Below are positions 1-9,304 of a stretch of DNA of 33,178 nucleotides, in pieces. A model generated the notes under the pieces. That model saw nothing but the letters and a program-made list of their open reading frames with translations, was not told the DNA's origin and did not search any database. Each line of letters starts with the position of its first letter. Within the stretch, counting starts at the first letter, position 1. The position numbers and the translations under genes were made by a program. Origin of the DNA: Chrysochromulina tobinii. Taxonomy: Eukaryota. The stretch spans positions 1 through 33,178 of the forward strand of contig JWZX01002901.1 of the NCBI GenBank assembly GCA_001275005.1. The letters are read 5' to 3'.

Positions 1-1
1 C

Positions 2-1109
2 ACCGCCGTAGGCGGCCGCATCTCTGACGGGCACCAGCTCGGCGCCGACGTCGCCGCCGCCTGCGAAGACGCACGACACGATCCGCCCAGGTGGGCGTCC
101 TTGCGGAACCGCCTGCCCGCCTCCGTCGCATCCCTCAGAGCCGAGCCCTTCCCGGGCGACCTCTTTCATCCCCACGTCTCCTCCAAGCCACCCCTCGCCC
201 GTGCCGCCCGGCTGCGCGACCAGCGCGAAGCCGAGCAAGCCGCACTCGCCGCGAGCAGCACCACCGCCGACCGCCTCCTACGCATCTCAGCCGGGCCAAT
301 CCACGTTACCCAGCTGTTCGAGGACGGCGTCTACGAGGGCATCATCATACCCTGGATGCAGCACGCCGACGCCGCCTTCGCCGCGATCGCCGCCGGCTGC
401 GCCGTCGACCGCCCACCCACCGTCACCGTCACCCAGGAGCAGATGCAGCCTTGGGCTCGCGGCATCGTCTGGGACTGCCAAGTTCCCTCCGCCTGCCTCC
501 CAGTCGAGCGGTCAACCCGCTCAACCATCTTCCCGGGGAAGCGGCAACTCGACCGCGCCGCGATCAGGCGTGTCGCAGCCGAGCTGCAATGGCACGACGT
601 TGACATCATCGCCCAAGCGGGCGAAGGCGGCGTCGAGTGCCGCAGCCACTGCCCTCTCGACACCGTCCTCGCCTTCCACCACCAGAGCCTCGTCGCCGAG
701 CACACCATCGTTATCCATGCCCGCCGCCGAGCTCTTCGGCAGTGTCGCCATCGCCTCTGCCGTCTCCACCGCCATCGGCTCCCCACCGTCAGCGGTCCAC
801 GCCATCACCGACTGCGCGCCCGCCGCCAGCGCGATCAACGCCGCCACCAGCGGCGTCCATCAGCTTCGCCGCATCCTTAGGATCGCGCGCTCCTGCGCCC
901 CCCTTTGGCTCGGTGTCGCCATCCCCCGCGAAGCGAACGTCGACGCCGACCGTCTTAGCCACCCGCAGCTCTATGAGGACGTCGCCGCCGACGCCACCGC
1001 AGCAGGCCTCAGGGTCCACCGCATCCGCCTCCCCCTCGACTCAGCCCTATGGGACGACCTACGCTCAGCCGCTCAGCTTGGCGTCGGTCACACCGGCGAC
1101 CAGCTCTGA
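2..1109 (+). pseudogene. Truncated pol: pre-RT region (frame of 101..880, open from base 2) fused out of frame at about 700 to the C-terminal half of a DIRS-type RNase H (frame of 201..1109)
   Basis: SMPAAELFG (E motif), HAITDCAPAASAIN (TD motif) and IPREANVDADRLSH (N-x-x-A-D-x-L-S motif) are present. No YxDD RT motif and no first RNase H Asp motif are visible. Confidence 0.7.
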
Positions 1110-2744
1110 CCCCTTCCTCATCCCCATCGCGGTACCGTCACACGTACGCACATCCTCATCTCCTCACCCTCATCCATCATCTCACCTGATCATCTCATCA
1201 TCGACCCATCCTCTTCTCTCCTCATCCCCATCGCTCTTCCCCCCCCCCTCGCAGGCCTACTTCGCCCCGCCAGGCTCACCGCCCCGGCCCGCGCGATCCC
1301 TCCGCCTCCCTCACAGCCCATCTGGTCGGCACGAAGGGCACACCCTCACCCCTCCGCGCCCCCAGCCGCGCCTCCGAGGACGCTGTCCCTCATCTCTCCA
1401 TCCTCACTCCCCGCAGCCTTCGAGCTCGGCCGCGTCGCTCCCGCACCGAGCGCCAAGTCCATCGCCCTGCGCGCCAAGGTTCAATCCCTCGCCGCCCAGT
1501 GCCATCTCTCGAGCGCAGTCGGCGAGTTCATCACCGATGACTGGATCGGCACCGAGCCCACCCTCGCCGCCACCGACCTCATCTCCTCCCTCCGCGCGAG
1601 CCTCAAGCGCAGAGCTTCATCCACGATCGACCTCGATCGCGCCGCCACGTCCCTCGAGTGGTTCGCCGACTTCATCTCCGCGTCCTCACGGCGCCCCTTC
1701 GCCCCCCTCGCTCACGCCGGGGATATCCAGGCCGCGATCTACAACTCCGAGACCCTCGAGTTATTCGGCGAGTACATCCGCTCCCGCGGCTCTCGCCAAA
1801 AGGGCAGGATCGGCGCCGCCATCGCCAGCGACACCGTCGACACCTACGTCGGCACAGTCAAGATCCTCGCCAGCCTCGGCGCCCACCACCGCATCACCTT
1901 CGAGTCCGCGAACGTGGTCATGCCGAGGGCATCCAAGGCGCATCGCCGCGCCCAAGCACCCCCAGGCGAGCGCAAGCTCAAGCGGGGCATCCGCGCACAC
2001 CATCTTCGAGCCCTCGTCGCCCTCGGCTTCGACCGCACCTCCGAGCGCGGCATCATCGACTGGGCCGCCGGCCTCGTAGCGTGGAACATCCTCCTCCGCG
2101 GCTGCGAACTCGGCGTCGTCCCCGGCAAACCTCTCGACACCGCGCGCGACGCGGTCTTCGGAGCCATCACGTGGCGCTCGCCGTGCCACGACAGCTCCGG
2201 CCTACCCTGGCTCGTTTGGGATGTCGTCCCCGCCAAGGATACCACTGCCCGCAGGCGCTCGTGCCCCATGGCAATCCGGCGCCGGAGCGCCGGTCCCCTC
2301 GGCGCCGACCCCATGTGCACCTACGACGCCATCTTCATCGCGTGGACCGCGACCGCCGGCACGCATCCCCCCGACTCCGGGCGCACTCTCGACCCATCTC
2401 TCGCCCCCCGTCCCTTCTTCACCGGACGCGATCGCGGGCCGTGGGACACCGAGGATACCCGACTCCTCGCTCGCCGCTTCGCCACCGCGCTAGGACTCGA
2501 CCCCTCCGAGTTCGGAGGCAAGTCCTTCCGCATTGGTGGCGCCACTGATTGGCGCGACATCTTCGGCGCCGACGCCGAGCGTGTCATCAAGCAGCGCGGG
2601 CGGTGGCAGTCTGACATCGCCTTCCTCTACCAGCGCGCGCTGGCCGAGACCCATCTACGGGGGTCCGCCGCAGTAGCCGACGCCGACCACGCAGATCTCG
2701 AGTCTCTATGCCTCGGCTGGGTCCAGCCCGCCACATTTCGCTGA
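1110..2744 (+). CDS. Tyrosine recombinase of the retroelement; frame open from 1110, first ATG only at 1920, true start unknown
   Basis: LLRGCEL (Arg I, 2097), GKSFRIGGAT (HxxR position, 2520-2531) and GRWQSDIAFLYQR (Trp and Tyr nucleophile, 2628). The upstream in-frame region (ELFGEYIRSRG...DTVDTYVGTVK) resembles the core-binding domain. Confidence 0.85.
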   Translation, partial: PLPHPHRGTVTRTHILISSPSSIISPDHLIIDPSSSLLIPIALPPPLAGLLRPARLTAPARAIPPPPSQPIWSARRAHPHPSAPPAAPPRTLSLISPSSLPAAFELGRVAPAPSAKSIALRAKVQSLAAQCHLSSAVGEFITDDWIGTEPTLAATDLISSLRASLKRRASSTIDLDRAATSLEWFADFISASSRRPFAPLAHAGDIQAAIYNSETLELFGEYIRSRGSRQKGRIGAAIASDTVDTYVGTVKILASLGAHHRITFESANVVMPRASKAHRRAQAPPGERKLKRGIRAHHLRALVALGFDRTSERGIIDWAAGLVAWNILLRGCELGVVPGKPLDTARDAVFGAITWRSPCHDSSGLPWLVWDVVPAKDTTARRRSCPMAIRRRSAGPLGADPMCTYDAIFIAWTATAGTHPPDSGRTLDPSLAPRPFFTGRDRGPWDTEDTRLLARRFATALGLDPSEFGGKSFRIGGATDWRDIFGADAERVIKQRGRWQSDIAFLYQRALAETHLRGSAAVADADHADLESLCLGWVQPATFR

Positions 2745-3116
2745 GCCAGCCAGCCAGCAAGCAGCATCCCATCGCATCAGCACACAGCATCTGCTCAGCG
2801 GGGTGGGGCGCGCCGTTGGCGAGGCACTTGTGCCTCCCGCTTCGCATGGGTGTCACGGCTTCTCCCCACATCAGGCCACGTGGCCCACGGTTCAGTCTCG
2901 TCAATTGACGAAACCCGGCAGCCCCGGGTCTCGTCAATCGCACAGAGCAGACTAGGGTTACCCAGCCAGATTAGGGTTACCGTCACTCACACGTCCGTAC
3001 CTTCCCCATTCTCTATGAGAGGGGCCGCACCAGAGGCGTTTGCGTCCGGTACAGAGCGTGAACTGACAGGATCAGGGAAGCGGAAAGCTTGACTTGACTT
3101 GGCTTGAGCGGCGTGA

Positions 3117-3743
3117 ATGCCAGGCCCTCCATTGCCTCCGACCCAAACTGGTGCCGTCCTCGGCGACCCGGGCGCGCCCATACGCGTCGAAATGTACTTG
3201 GATCTCATCTGCCCGTTTAGTCGAAAAATGTGGGCTTCCACCGTGGAGGCCAAGCTGAACGAGAAGGCGGGCGACAAGGTGTGCTTCATATTCAACCAGG
3301 TCATTCAGCCATGGCATCCTCAGGGCACCTGCGTGCACGAGGCTGCCCTTGCGGTCAAGCAGTGTGCGCCAGACAAGTTCTTTGCGTACTGCACTGCGCT
3401 GTTCACGGCGCTCGACAACGGCCGGTTCAAGGACGACACCACTTGGGACCTTTCCCGCGCCCAGATTTACGAGGAGCTGCTGGTCATCGCAGCCGCGACC
3501 GGCATCGACCGCGCAGCCGTCGAGGCACTGCTCGCGCGTAGCCCCGAGGCTGGCAACTCCGGCAACCAGATGACGCAGATGATCAAATGGGTGGTGAAGT
3601 ACCATCGGTGCCGCGGGGTGCACGTGACACCCACGGTGCACGTCAATGGCCTCGAGGCCGGCGTCGTGTCGAGCGGCTGGTCCACCGAGCAGTGGCTCGA
3701 ATTCCTCAAGGCCGAGGGCGATGACTTTTTCCGCGGCAAGTAG
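3117..3743 (+). CDS. DsbA-like thioredoxin-fold protein (CxxS)
   Basis: LGDPGAPIRVEMYLDLICPFS, QPWHP and GVHVTPTVHVNG (cis-Pro loop); single exon, ATG to TAG. Confidence 0.88.
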   Translation: MPGPPLPPTQTGAVLGDPGAPIRVEMYLDLICPFSRKMWASTVEAKLNEKAGDKVCFIFNQVIQPWHPQGTCVHEAALAVKQCAPDKFFAYCTALFTALDNGRFKDDTTWDLSRAQIYEELLVIAAATGIDRAAVEALLARSPEAGNSGNQMTQMIKWVVKYHRCRGVHVTPTVHVNGLEAGVVSSGWSTEQWLEFLKAEGDDFFRGK

Positions 3744-3825
3744 TACTAATATCGGGAATCTCTAAAAAAGGTCCTTTTCGCTTTTGTGCCCGGCATGGCG
3801 CCCATGGCGCGAGCCATGATGACAG

Positions 3826-4263
3826 CATAGGGTGGGGGTAGGGTAAAAGCGAGGGCCTTTTGACGTAAGACGGTAAAAGTGTACAGGGTACAAAAATTGC
3901 GTAAAACGGTAAAAGTCATCGTGCCTCTGTATCCAGGGAAAAACAAAAAGCAGGGTAAAAAGCCACTTTTACTGAAAGCACCAGTACACTTCGAACACTT
4001 CGAGTACACTCGCCGAGCGAGCGTGAATGTAATTCATGAACAGGAGACTTCACTGGTCCTGTCATGCCAAGTCACACAGGCTCATACAGGTGGCTGGCGG
4101 CGGCACGCGCAGCACGCCAATGAAAACGAATTGTGTGTTTGCGGTAAAACGGTAAAAGTTACTGACAGGAAATGGGCGTAAGACGGTAAAAGTTGCCCTT
4201 TGGCGAGATTCTCGTAAGAAGGTAAAAGTTCCGGACCCCCGGAAAAGCTACCCCCACCCTATG
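3826..4263. mobile_element. Non-autonomous DNA transposon (MITE), hAT-like or P-like
   Basis: Perfect 16-bp TIRs CATAGGGTGGGGGTAG (3826-3841 and 4248-4263). 8-bp TSD GATGACAG (3818-3825 and 4264-4271). Repeated subterminal GGTAAAAG motifs. AT-richer than the flanks. Confidence 0.93.
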
Positions 4264-4385
4264 GATGACAGCCATCACCCTGTGACGCCACAAGATCGCC
4301 ACCCCTCTCGTCCGCCCAACTCTTCCTACCGTCAAGACATAGCGCCGCCCAGCTCTCGCACGCGCCTCCGATGGCCTCGCGCCTC

Positions 4386-5479
4386 TCAGATGATCTGCAG
4401 CTCCTTGTGCGCGTAGTCCGGGTTCGTGCTCTTGTAGTTGTCAAAGAGAGCCTTGATGGCGGCGCAATACTGATCGTGGTACTGATCAATCTGTGCGGAA
4501 GTCGGCTCTGCGATCTGAGGCCACCCGAGGGGCCGGTCGCGCGGTGGTAAGCATTTGCATGCAAGGCAGGTCATCAGTGGCAATCAAAACGTACCTGCGG
4601 CAATCCGAGGGGCCGGCCGCGCGCGTAGACGAGCTTGACGGCGTTCGGTACGGGGAGCCCGAAGCGGCCCCAAAAGTAGGTGACGGAGACGCCCATTTTG
4701 CGTGAGAGCTTCGCGATCGGCGCCCAGCGCACCGTGCTCAGCACCGTCGTGTTCCCAAAGAAGTAGACGGGGATCACATCTGCACCGGTCTGCAGGGCGA
4801 GCTTGATGAATCCCTTTCGCGCCTTGAGGACGACTGCTTCCTCCTTGGGAGAGGAGGCGAAGAGCTCCGCAATGCCACCCACATACAGCACAAAAGAGCC
4901 GCGGTTGCGCGCGAGCCGCTTCTTGAGCACCGGGCCCGCCGCGTCGATGACGCCAAAGACACCGAGGACGTCTTTAAGGATCGGGAAGAAGCGTATCACG
5001 GACGCGGCGGCTGTGGGCACCTCGAGAGGCAAGGCGGGGCCGATGCCGCCCTTCTTGTCGGCCATGGTCGCGATAGCGCCGCACACGCCGCAGAAGCTGA
5101 AGACGCCGTGCGGGTGTGCCACCAAGATGTAGCGCTTGCCAGCGGCATGATTTGCCTTGAGCTCATCGTCGCCGATCTCATGGTACTCCTCATAGCGGAA
5201 GTACTTGGGAATTTGGCGAGCGCACCAGTTGCCGAGGACGTATGGGCTCAAAGCGACCGACACCCAGGCTGGCGTCAGCATCGAGATGGCGATCGGCGCA
5301 ATCAGTGTCCACGTCAGCGGAGACCGAAAGTCGTACATGAGAAGGCAGATCGCAGCAAGCAAGTGCAGCGGAGCGAGGATGTAGACCAGGGTGAAGGGCG
5401 CTGCAGATAGAAACCCGACCAAACGCTCGAATGGTGAGGAGTCGACATACGAACGCGTCGGGGACGTGAGCTTCGGCAT
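4386..5479 (-). CDS. DGAT2: Diacylglycerol/monoacylglycerol acyltransferase type 2; exons 5479-4595 and 4514-4386 (an extra 5' exon is possible)
   Basis: HPHG catalytic motif, GGIAE, RKGFIKLALQTGADVIPVYFFG, GRFGLPVP and GRPL; N-terminal hydrophobic helices. Removing a GT-AG intron at 4594-4515 restores the usual C-terminus IDQYHDQYCAAIKALFD. Confidence 0.9.
4515..4594 (-). other. 80-nt spliceosomal intron of DGAT2
   Basis: CAG|GTACGT donor and CCTCAG|ATC acceptor; contains an in-frame stop; phase-0 join. Confidence 0.88.
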
Positions 5480-5788
5480 GAAGCCTGGCGCGAGGTGGTC
5501 CGTCGCGTACCTGTTGCAGCCTACCGGTACCGGTAAAGCCGCGTGCGATGGCGTGAATGTGAATGTAGTATTTTTGGCCCAGGATAACGATTTAAGGTCC
5601 AACGCGCATTAAAGCAAACATCACTTTGTAAGACCAGCGCGCGCCGGCGGCGCCGATCGGTGGCGATCGCCGTCCACGTTTCGTCCGTGCATGCGTCCGT
5701 GGCAGGGACAGGAGGTCCGCGCGCTCGCAAATAGAAATACTCGAAACCTCTCAGTTTAGAGTTAGAAGCTGCGGAACACACAACACAA

Positions 5789-7405
5789 CTAGCTCCTATA
5801 CTGTAGACCGAGCTCAGGCGCGATGCAATCGATCTTAGACAGCACCTCTTCCGCTGCCGCGAGCTTGAACGAGCGCTCGATTTCTGTGAGGGCGATCTTC
5901 TCCTCCCTGGTTGAGAGGATGACTTCCCTTGCCGTGAGGCTTTGCGCCCATCTCACGGTGGCGCTCCCGTCGCGGATGCCAGCGGCTTTCATGCGCTCGT
6001 AGCTGCTCGCCGTGGTGGCCGTGGTGGCCGTGGTGCGCCCCGTGAGCCCGCCCGCATGATTGGCCGTCGCGACCAAGGTGGTCCAGTGTTGAAAAGACGG
6101 CTGGTTGGGCAGGTTCTTGACGCGACAGTCTGGTCGTGCCGGCTCCTCATCATAGGGTACCTCTTTGACCTCGACTGCTTCCGCCGCGACAGCGGAGCAG
6201 GAAGACGTGGACCAGGGCCCGACTTCGATCTTTGCCGGTGGTCGCGGGGGCAACTCTCCTGAAGACTCGGTTGCAAGAGTCCGCATCGAAAGAGGCGGCG
6301 GCAGCGGCGGCGCCCGCGGCAGCAGTCTCGCTGGAATCGCCCATTGCTCGCGGTCCGCTGCGGACCCCAGGATCTCGCATCCGTCATCAGGAGCGCAGAG
6401 TGGCGCCGCTGCGACGTCATCAGCCCCATGTGGCTCTGTTGCGCCTGCCTTGGCCATCGTCAGCGGCTGGTCTTGGGCAGCCGATCGGGGCTGCAGCTCG
6501 CGCTCCTTGATGCACTGCTCCGCAGCTCGGAGCGCACGCTGCCTGATGGCAGCCTCTTCTTCCTTATCGCGCACGCGACGAGCTGCAGCCAAGCAGCGCA
6601 GCTGCGCGGCCGCGGCGGCATCGGTCACGGACGGCCTCGAAGCTGCAGCAGCCGCGATGCGCTGCTGGGTCCGTCCAGCCTCGCTCATCCTTGCAGCACG
6701 TTCAAGCGCTTTTGCCTGGGCGATTCGGAGGGCGCTGATCTCCTCGGGAGTGAGGTCCTCGGCTTTTGGTCTGATCTTGTCTGCAGATACACCGGTGGCG
6801 TGGTCGAGAGAGGACAACGCACGGGCCGAGCACACTCGAGCAGCGATCACCAACGCATGGCACCAGTTGCCATCGACGGGCGGCTGAAATATGGGCACAG
6901 GCCCAGGCACAGGCATAGACAGTGCGGAAAAGGCGGCGCGCTGCTTAATGAGCTCCTCAGCTGCAGTGTCCACATCTTGATGCACGAATTTGCTTCCCGC
7001 TCCATAACAGAGGCTGCTAGAAGTGGCCGCCGTTGGCTTCGCGATAATATGGCGCTTTTGTTCTACCGGCCGCCCGGCTGCAAAGCCAAGCACGGCTGCA
7101 CCGCCAGCAGTGTTCAGCTTTGCGTGAGCTTCAGAAGATCGTGGACGTTGCGCTGGCCCAAAGCACTGCCCTTCACCACGCCCTTCACCACGCGTATTGG
7201 GAACCCGGCGGAAGGCACGGAAGGGTTTTGCCGCAGGCTGCGATTCGGCCGGCAAGCCGCTGTGGACAAAAAGCGGCCGCTTGTCCGGGTCCATGTGCGA
7301 CGAGCGCACTGCAGCCGCGTATGCTCGGCACGGACGGACGGCCGACAACCAAAACGCCGCTTTTTGTTCGCGGCGCGCGCGTACAGGGTTCGATTGTTCG
7401 AACAT
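5789..7405 (-). CDS. Hypothetical protein (Ala/Pro-rich with a central coiled-coil-like region); start could be 7405 or 7294
   Basis: Long uninterrupted ORF with protein-like composition; no motif recognised. Confidence 0.55.
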   Translation of the reverse strand: MFEQSNPVRARREQKAAFWLSAVRPCRAYAAAVRSSHMDPDKRPLFVHSGLPAESQPAAKPFRAFRRVPNTRGEGRGEGQCFGPAQRPRSSEAHAKLNTAGGAAVLGFAAGRPVEQKRHIIAKPTAATSSSLCYGAGSKFVHQDVDTAAEELIKQRAAFSALSMPVPGPVPIFQPPVDGNWCHALVIAARVCSARALSSLDHATGVSADKIRPKAEDLTPEEISALRIAQAKALERAARMSEAGRTQQRIAAAAASRPSVTDAAAAAQLRCLAAARRVRDKEEEAAIRQRALRAAEQCIKERELQPRSAAQDQPLTMAKAGATEPHGADDVAAAPLCAPDDGCEILGSAADREQWAIPARLLPRAPPLPPPLSMRTLATESSGELPPRPPAKIEVGPWSTSSCSAVAAEAVEVKEVPYDEEPARPDCRVKNLPNQPSFQHWTTLVATANHAGGLTGRTTATTATTASSYERMKAAGIRDGSATVRWAQSLTAREVILSTREEKIALTEIERSFKLAAAEEVLSKIDCIAPELGLQYRS

Positions 7406-7669
7406 GTGTGAATACGTACCGGTACCGGCACCCCGCGACGTCTGACCAAAACTTTGATACAAGTTCGAACTTCAAAGCAGACGAGTACACCCGGTACCGG
7501 TACAGGTGAGCGCCTTCCGGTGTTCGGGCAATGTGTTCGGGTCACATAACCGTACCCGGTTCAACACCCCACCCCCAAAATCGGGGGAATTTAACTGGTC
7601 AGAAAAAGGTTCACGCACCACTTCACAGCCAATGTTTGTAATTCGACACCCCACACTTCTCAATCGGAA

Positions 7670-8737
7670 ATGGTGGTACCGGGCTGCCACCCATCCACTG
7701 CATGCTCCTGCATGTGCTCGGAGCGTCGTGATCCTTACTCGGTGAAGCAGCGACTCAACCTTCCTCTATGCCGCTCCGGCACTGCCTGCAAATCAGATTG
7801 TGCTGTCCGTTGGCGGGCATTCAGCTTGCAGCCTGCCAAAACCGCGGCCATCGTGCTCCTGTACGGCTTCGACGAGCGACACACGCGCAGCACGGACAAC
7901 AATCCCCTTCGCGAGTACCTCAGGGACATGATGCTGATGCTCCGCCTTGTGCTGTCTCTGCGCCGCGTCGGTACAACCCTACCAATTCACCTGTACATGG
8001 CTGGCCAGCGTTACGCTAAGTACGAGTCACCCTTCCGGGAGCTGGGCGTGCAGGTGTCGGGCGCACAGTACATCGCACGCCCACGTTGGGGCCACCCATG
8101 GCACGGTGGCTCATTTGCCAAGCTTTTTGCACTGGCTCTCGCCAACTTCAGCAAGGTTCTTGTGCTCGACTCCGATTGCGTCGTCTTTCGTAACATCGAC
8201 CATATGGTAGTGTTTCCCACGCCTTCGTTCAGGTTCCAAACTGTGCGCGTTGGGACTGAATGCAAATGGGAGCTTCAATCCGGAGTGATGGTGCTTGAGC
8301 CGGACTCTCTTGAATATGATCGTGCGATTAGGCTGACAACGAGTCTGAAAAGCAGGCCACCGGGCAGTGACGGCGGTGACCAAAGTGTTTGGCGTATTTT
8401 CTACGAGCGCGTTCACGAGCTTCCCGCAGCATACAACGCGTTCAAGTACGAGCTGAACGGGAGCGAGAACTGGGCATCGGTCTTTGTGCTGCACGATGGC
8501 TGGAATATGCGCTGGTCACGTTGGTGGCCAGATGCTTACCCCGCACATGGCCGCCTTCTTGCCGACCTGACAGCAAACGCCTCCGACCTGATGATTCGCG
8601 CGGCAAACTTCAGCTTGGCCACGCCTAGATCAATGCGGGCATGCTACCACCAGGAACTAAGTCGTAGGCCAACACGAGTTGTGTACATCTGTGATTGGAA
8701 GAACCTCACGCCAAGCCGGTCATTTTTCGGATCGTAG
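7670..8737 (+). CDS. Glycosyltransferase family 8 (glycogenin-like)
   Basis: FAKLFAL, KVLVLDSD (DxD), RNIDHM, QSGVMVLEP, GGDQ, YNA and VLH motifs in GT8 order; start codon uncertain. Confidence 0.85.
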   Translation: MVVPGCHPSTACSCMCSERRDPYSVKQRLNLPLCRSGTACKSDCAVRWRAFSLQPAKTAAIVLLYGFDERHTRSTDNNPLREYLRDMMLMLRLVLSLRRVGTTLPIHLYMAGQRYAKYESPFRELGVQVSGAQYIARPRWGHPWHGGSFAKLFALALANFSKVLVLDSDCVVFRNIDHMVVFPTPSFRFQTVRVGTECKWELQSGVMVLEPDSLEYDRAIRLTTSLKSRPPGSDGGDQSVWRIFYERVHELPAAYNAFKYELNGSENWASVFVLHDGWNMRWSRWWPDAYPAHGRLLADLTANASDLMIRAANFSLATPRSMRACYHQELSRRPTRVVYICDWKNLTPSRSFFGS

Positions 8738-9304
8738 TTTTTTTTAATTTAATAGAATCGTGCGATTGAGGATTCGTGGTACCGGTGGACGCCTAGCGCC
8801 CTAGGCGGGCCCTAGCGCGGGCCGCCGCCGTGCCACCGTCGCCCGGAGGTGCGAGGACTGTGGACTCTCCGCACGGCTCGGCTTTTCGTCTTTCGGTTTC
8901 GCACACGTGCCCGCGCGGCCCTCGAGTCGACCCGGGCGCCGGGGCAGTCCGCTCTTTTCGCATCCGATCCGCGGCTCGCCGTGCGGGTGCACGCCGCGGG
9001 GTCGGGTGTCGCCGAGCGGTCTCGGAGCGACGCCGTCGAGACCGCGCGTCGTCGTACTCGACACCACACGGCGTTCGATCCGCGCGCCGTGTCCGACCCG
9101 CGCGGGCCGCGGCGCCGCGGCCGCTCGACCCGGTACCGCGTACGGTATTGTAAACTACGACGGGACTTGGACGTCTTGGACCTACGCGTAAGAACCCAAA
9201 CCGGTAGGAGCTGTGTCGGTGTGACGCGAACACCAACACGCACTGCTGATCTGCTACGACGTATACGAGGCCCATCTGTCTGCCTCAGAAGGAGAGTCTA
9301 AGCT

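Larger units (their letters stand above)
1..3107 (+). mobile_element. Tyrosine-recombinase (DIRS/Ngaro-like) retroelement, right-hand part, internally deleted (no RT domain); left end outside the window, right end approximate
   Basis: Order of parts: pol-like N-terminal frame, RNase H C-terminal motifs, tyrosine recombinase ORF, then a non-coding 3' region with a hairpin ending in (CTTGA)4. RNase H followed by YR is the layout of DIRS-order elements. Confidence 0.8.

Noticed and set aside
1107..1109. TGA between RNase H and YR as selenocysteine
   Set aside because: No Cys-like context and no SECIS seen; it falls at the natural end of RNase H.
637..2079. 480-aa Pro/Ser-rich ORF overlapping the retroelement
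   Set aside because: Its composition is that of a shifted frame of C-rich coding DNA; no domain is recognisable.
5522..7505. Recurrent ACCGGTACCGGT motifs
   Set aside because: A short self-complementary hexamer repeat scattered through the window (also inside a CDS), with no consistent position.
8740..9300. CpG-rich intergenic block with several overlapping ORFs, possibly a transposon remnant
   Set aside because: The ORFs are Arg/Pro-rich GC artefacts; no TIR, TSD or clear second copy was found.
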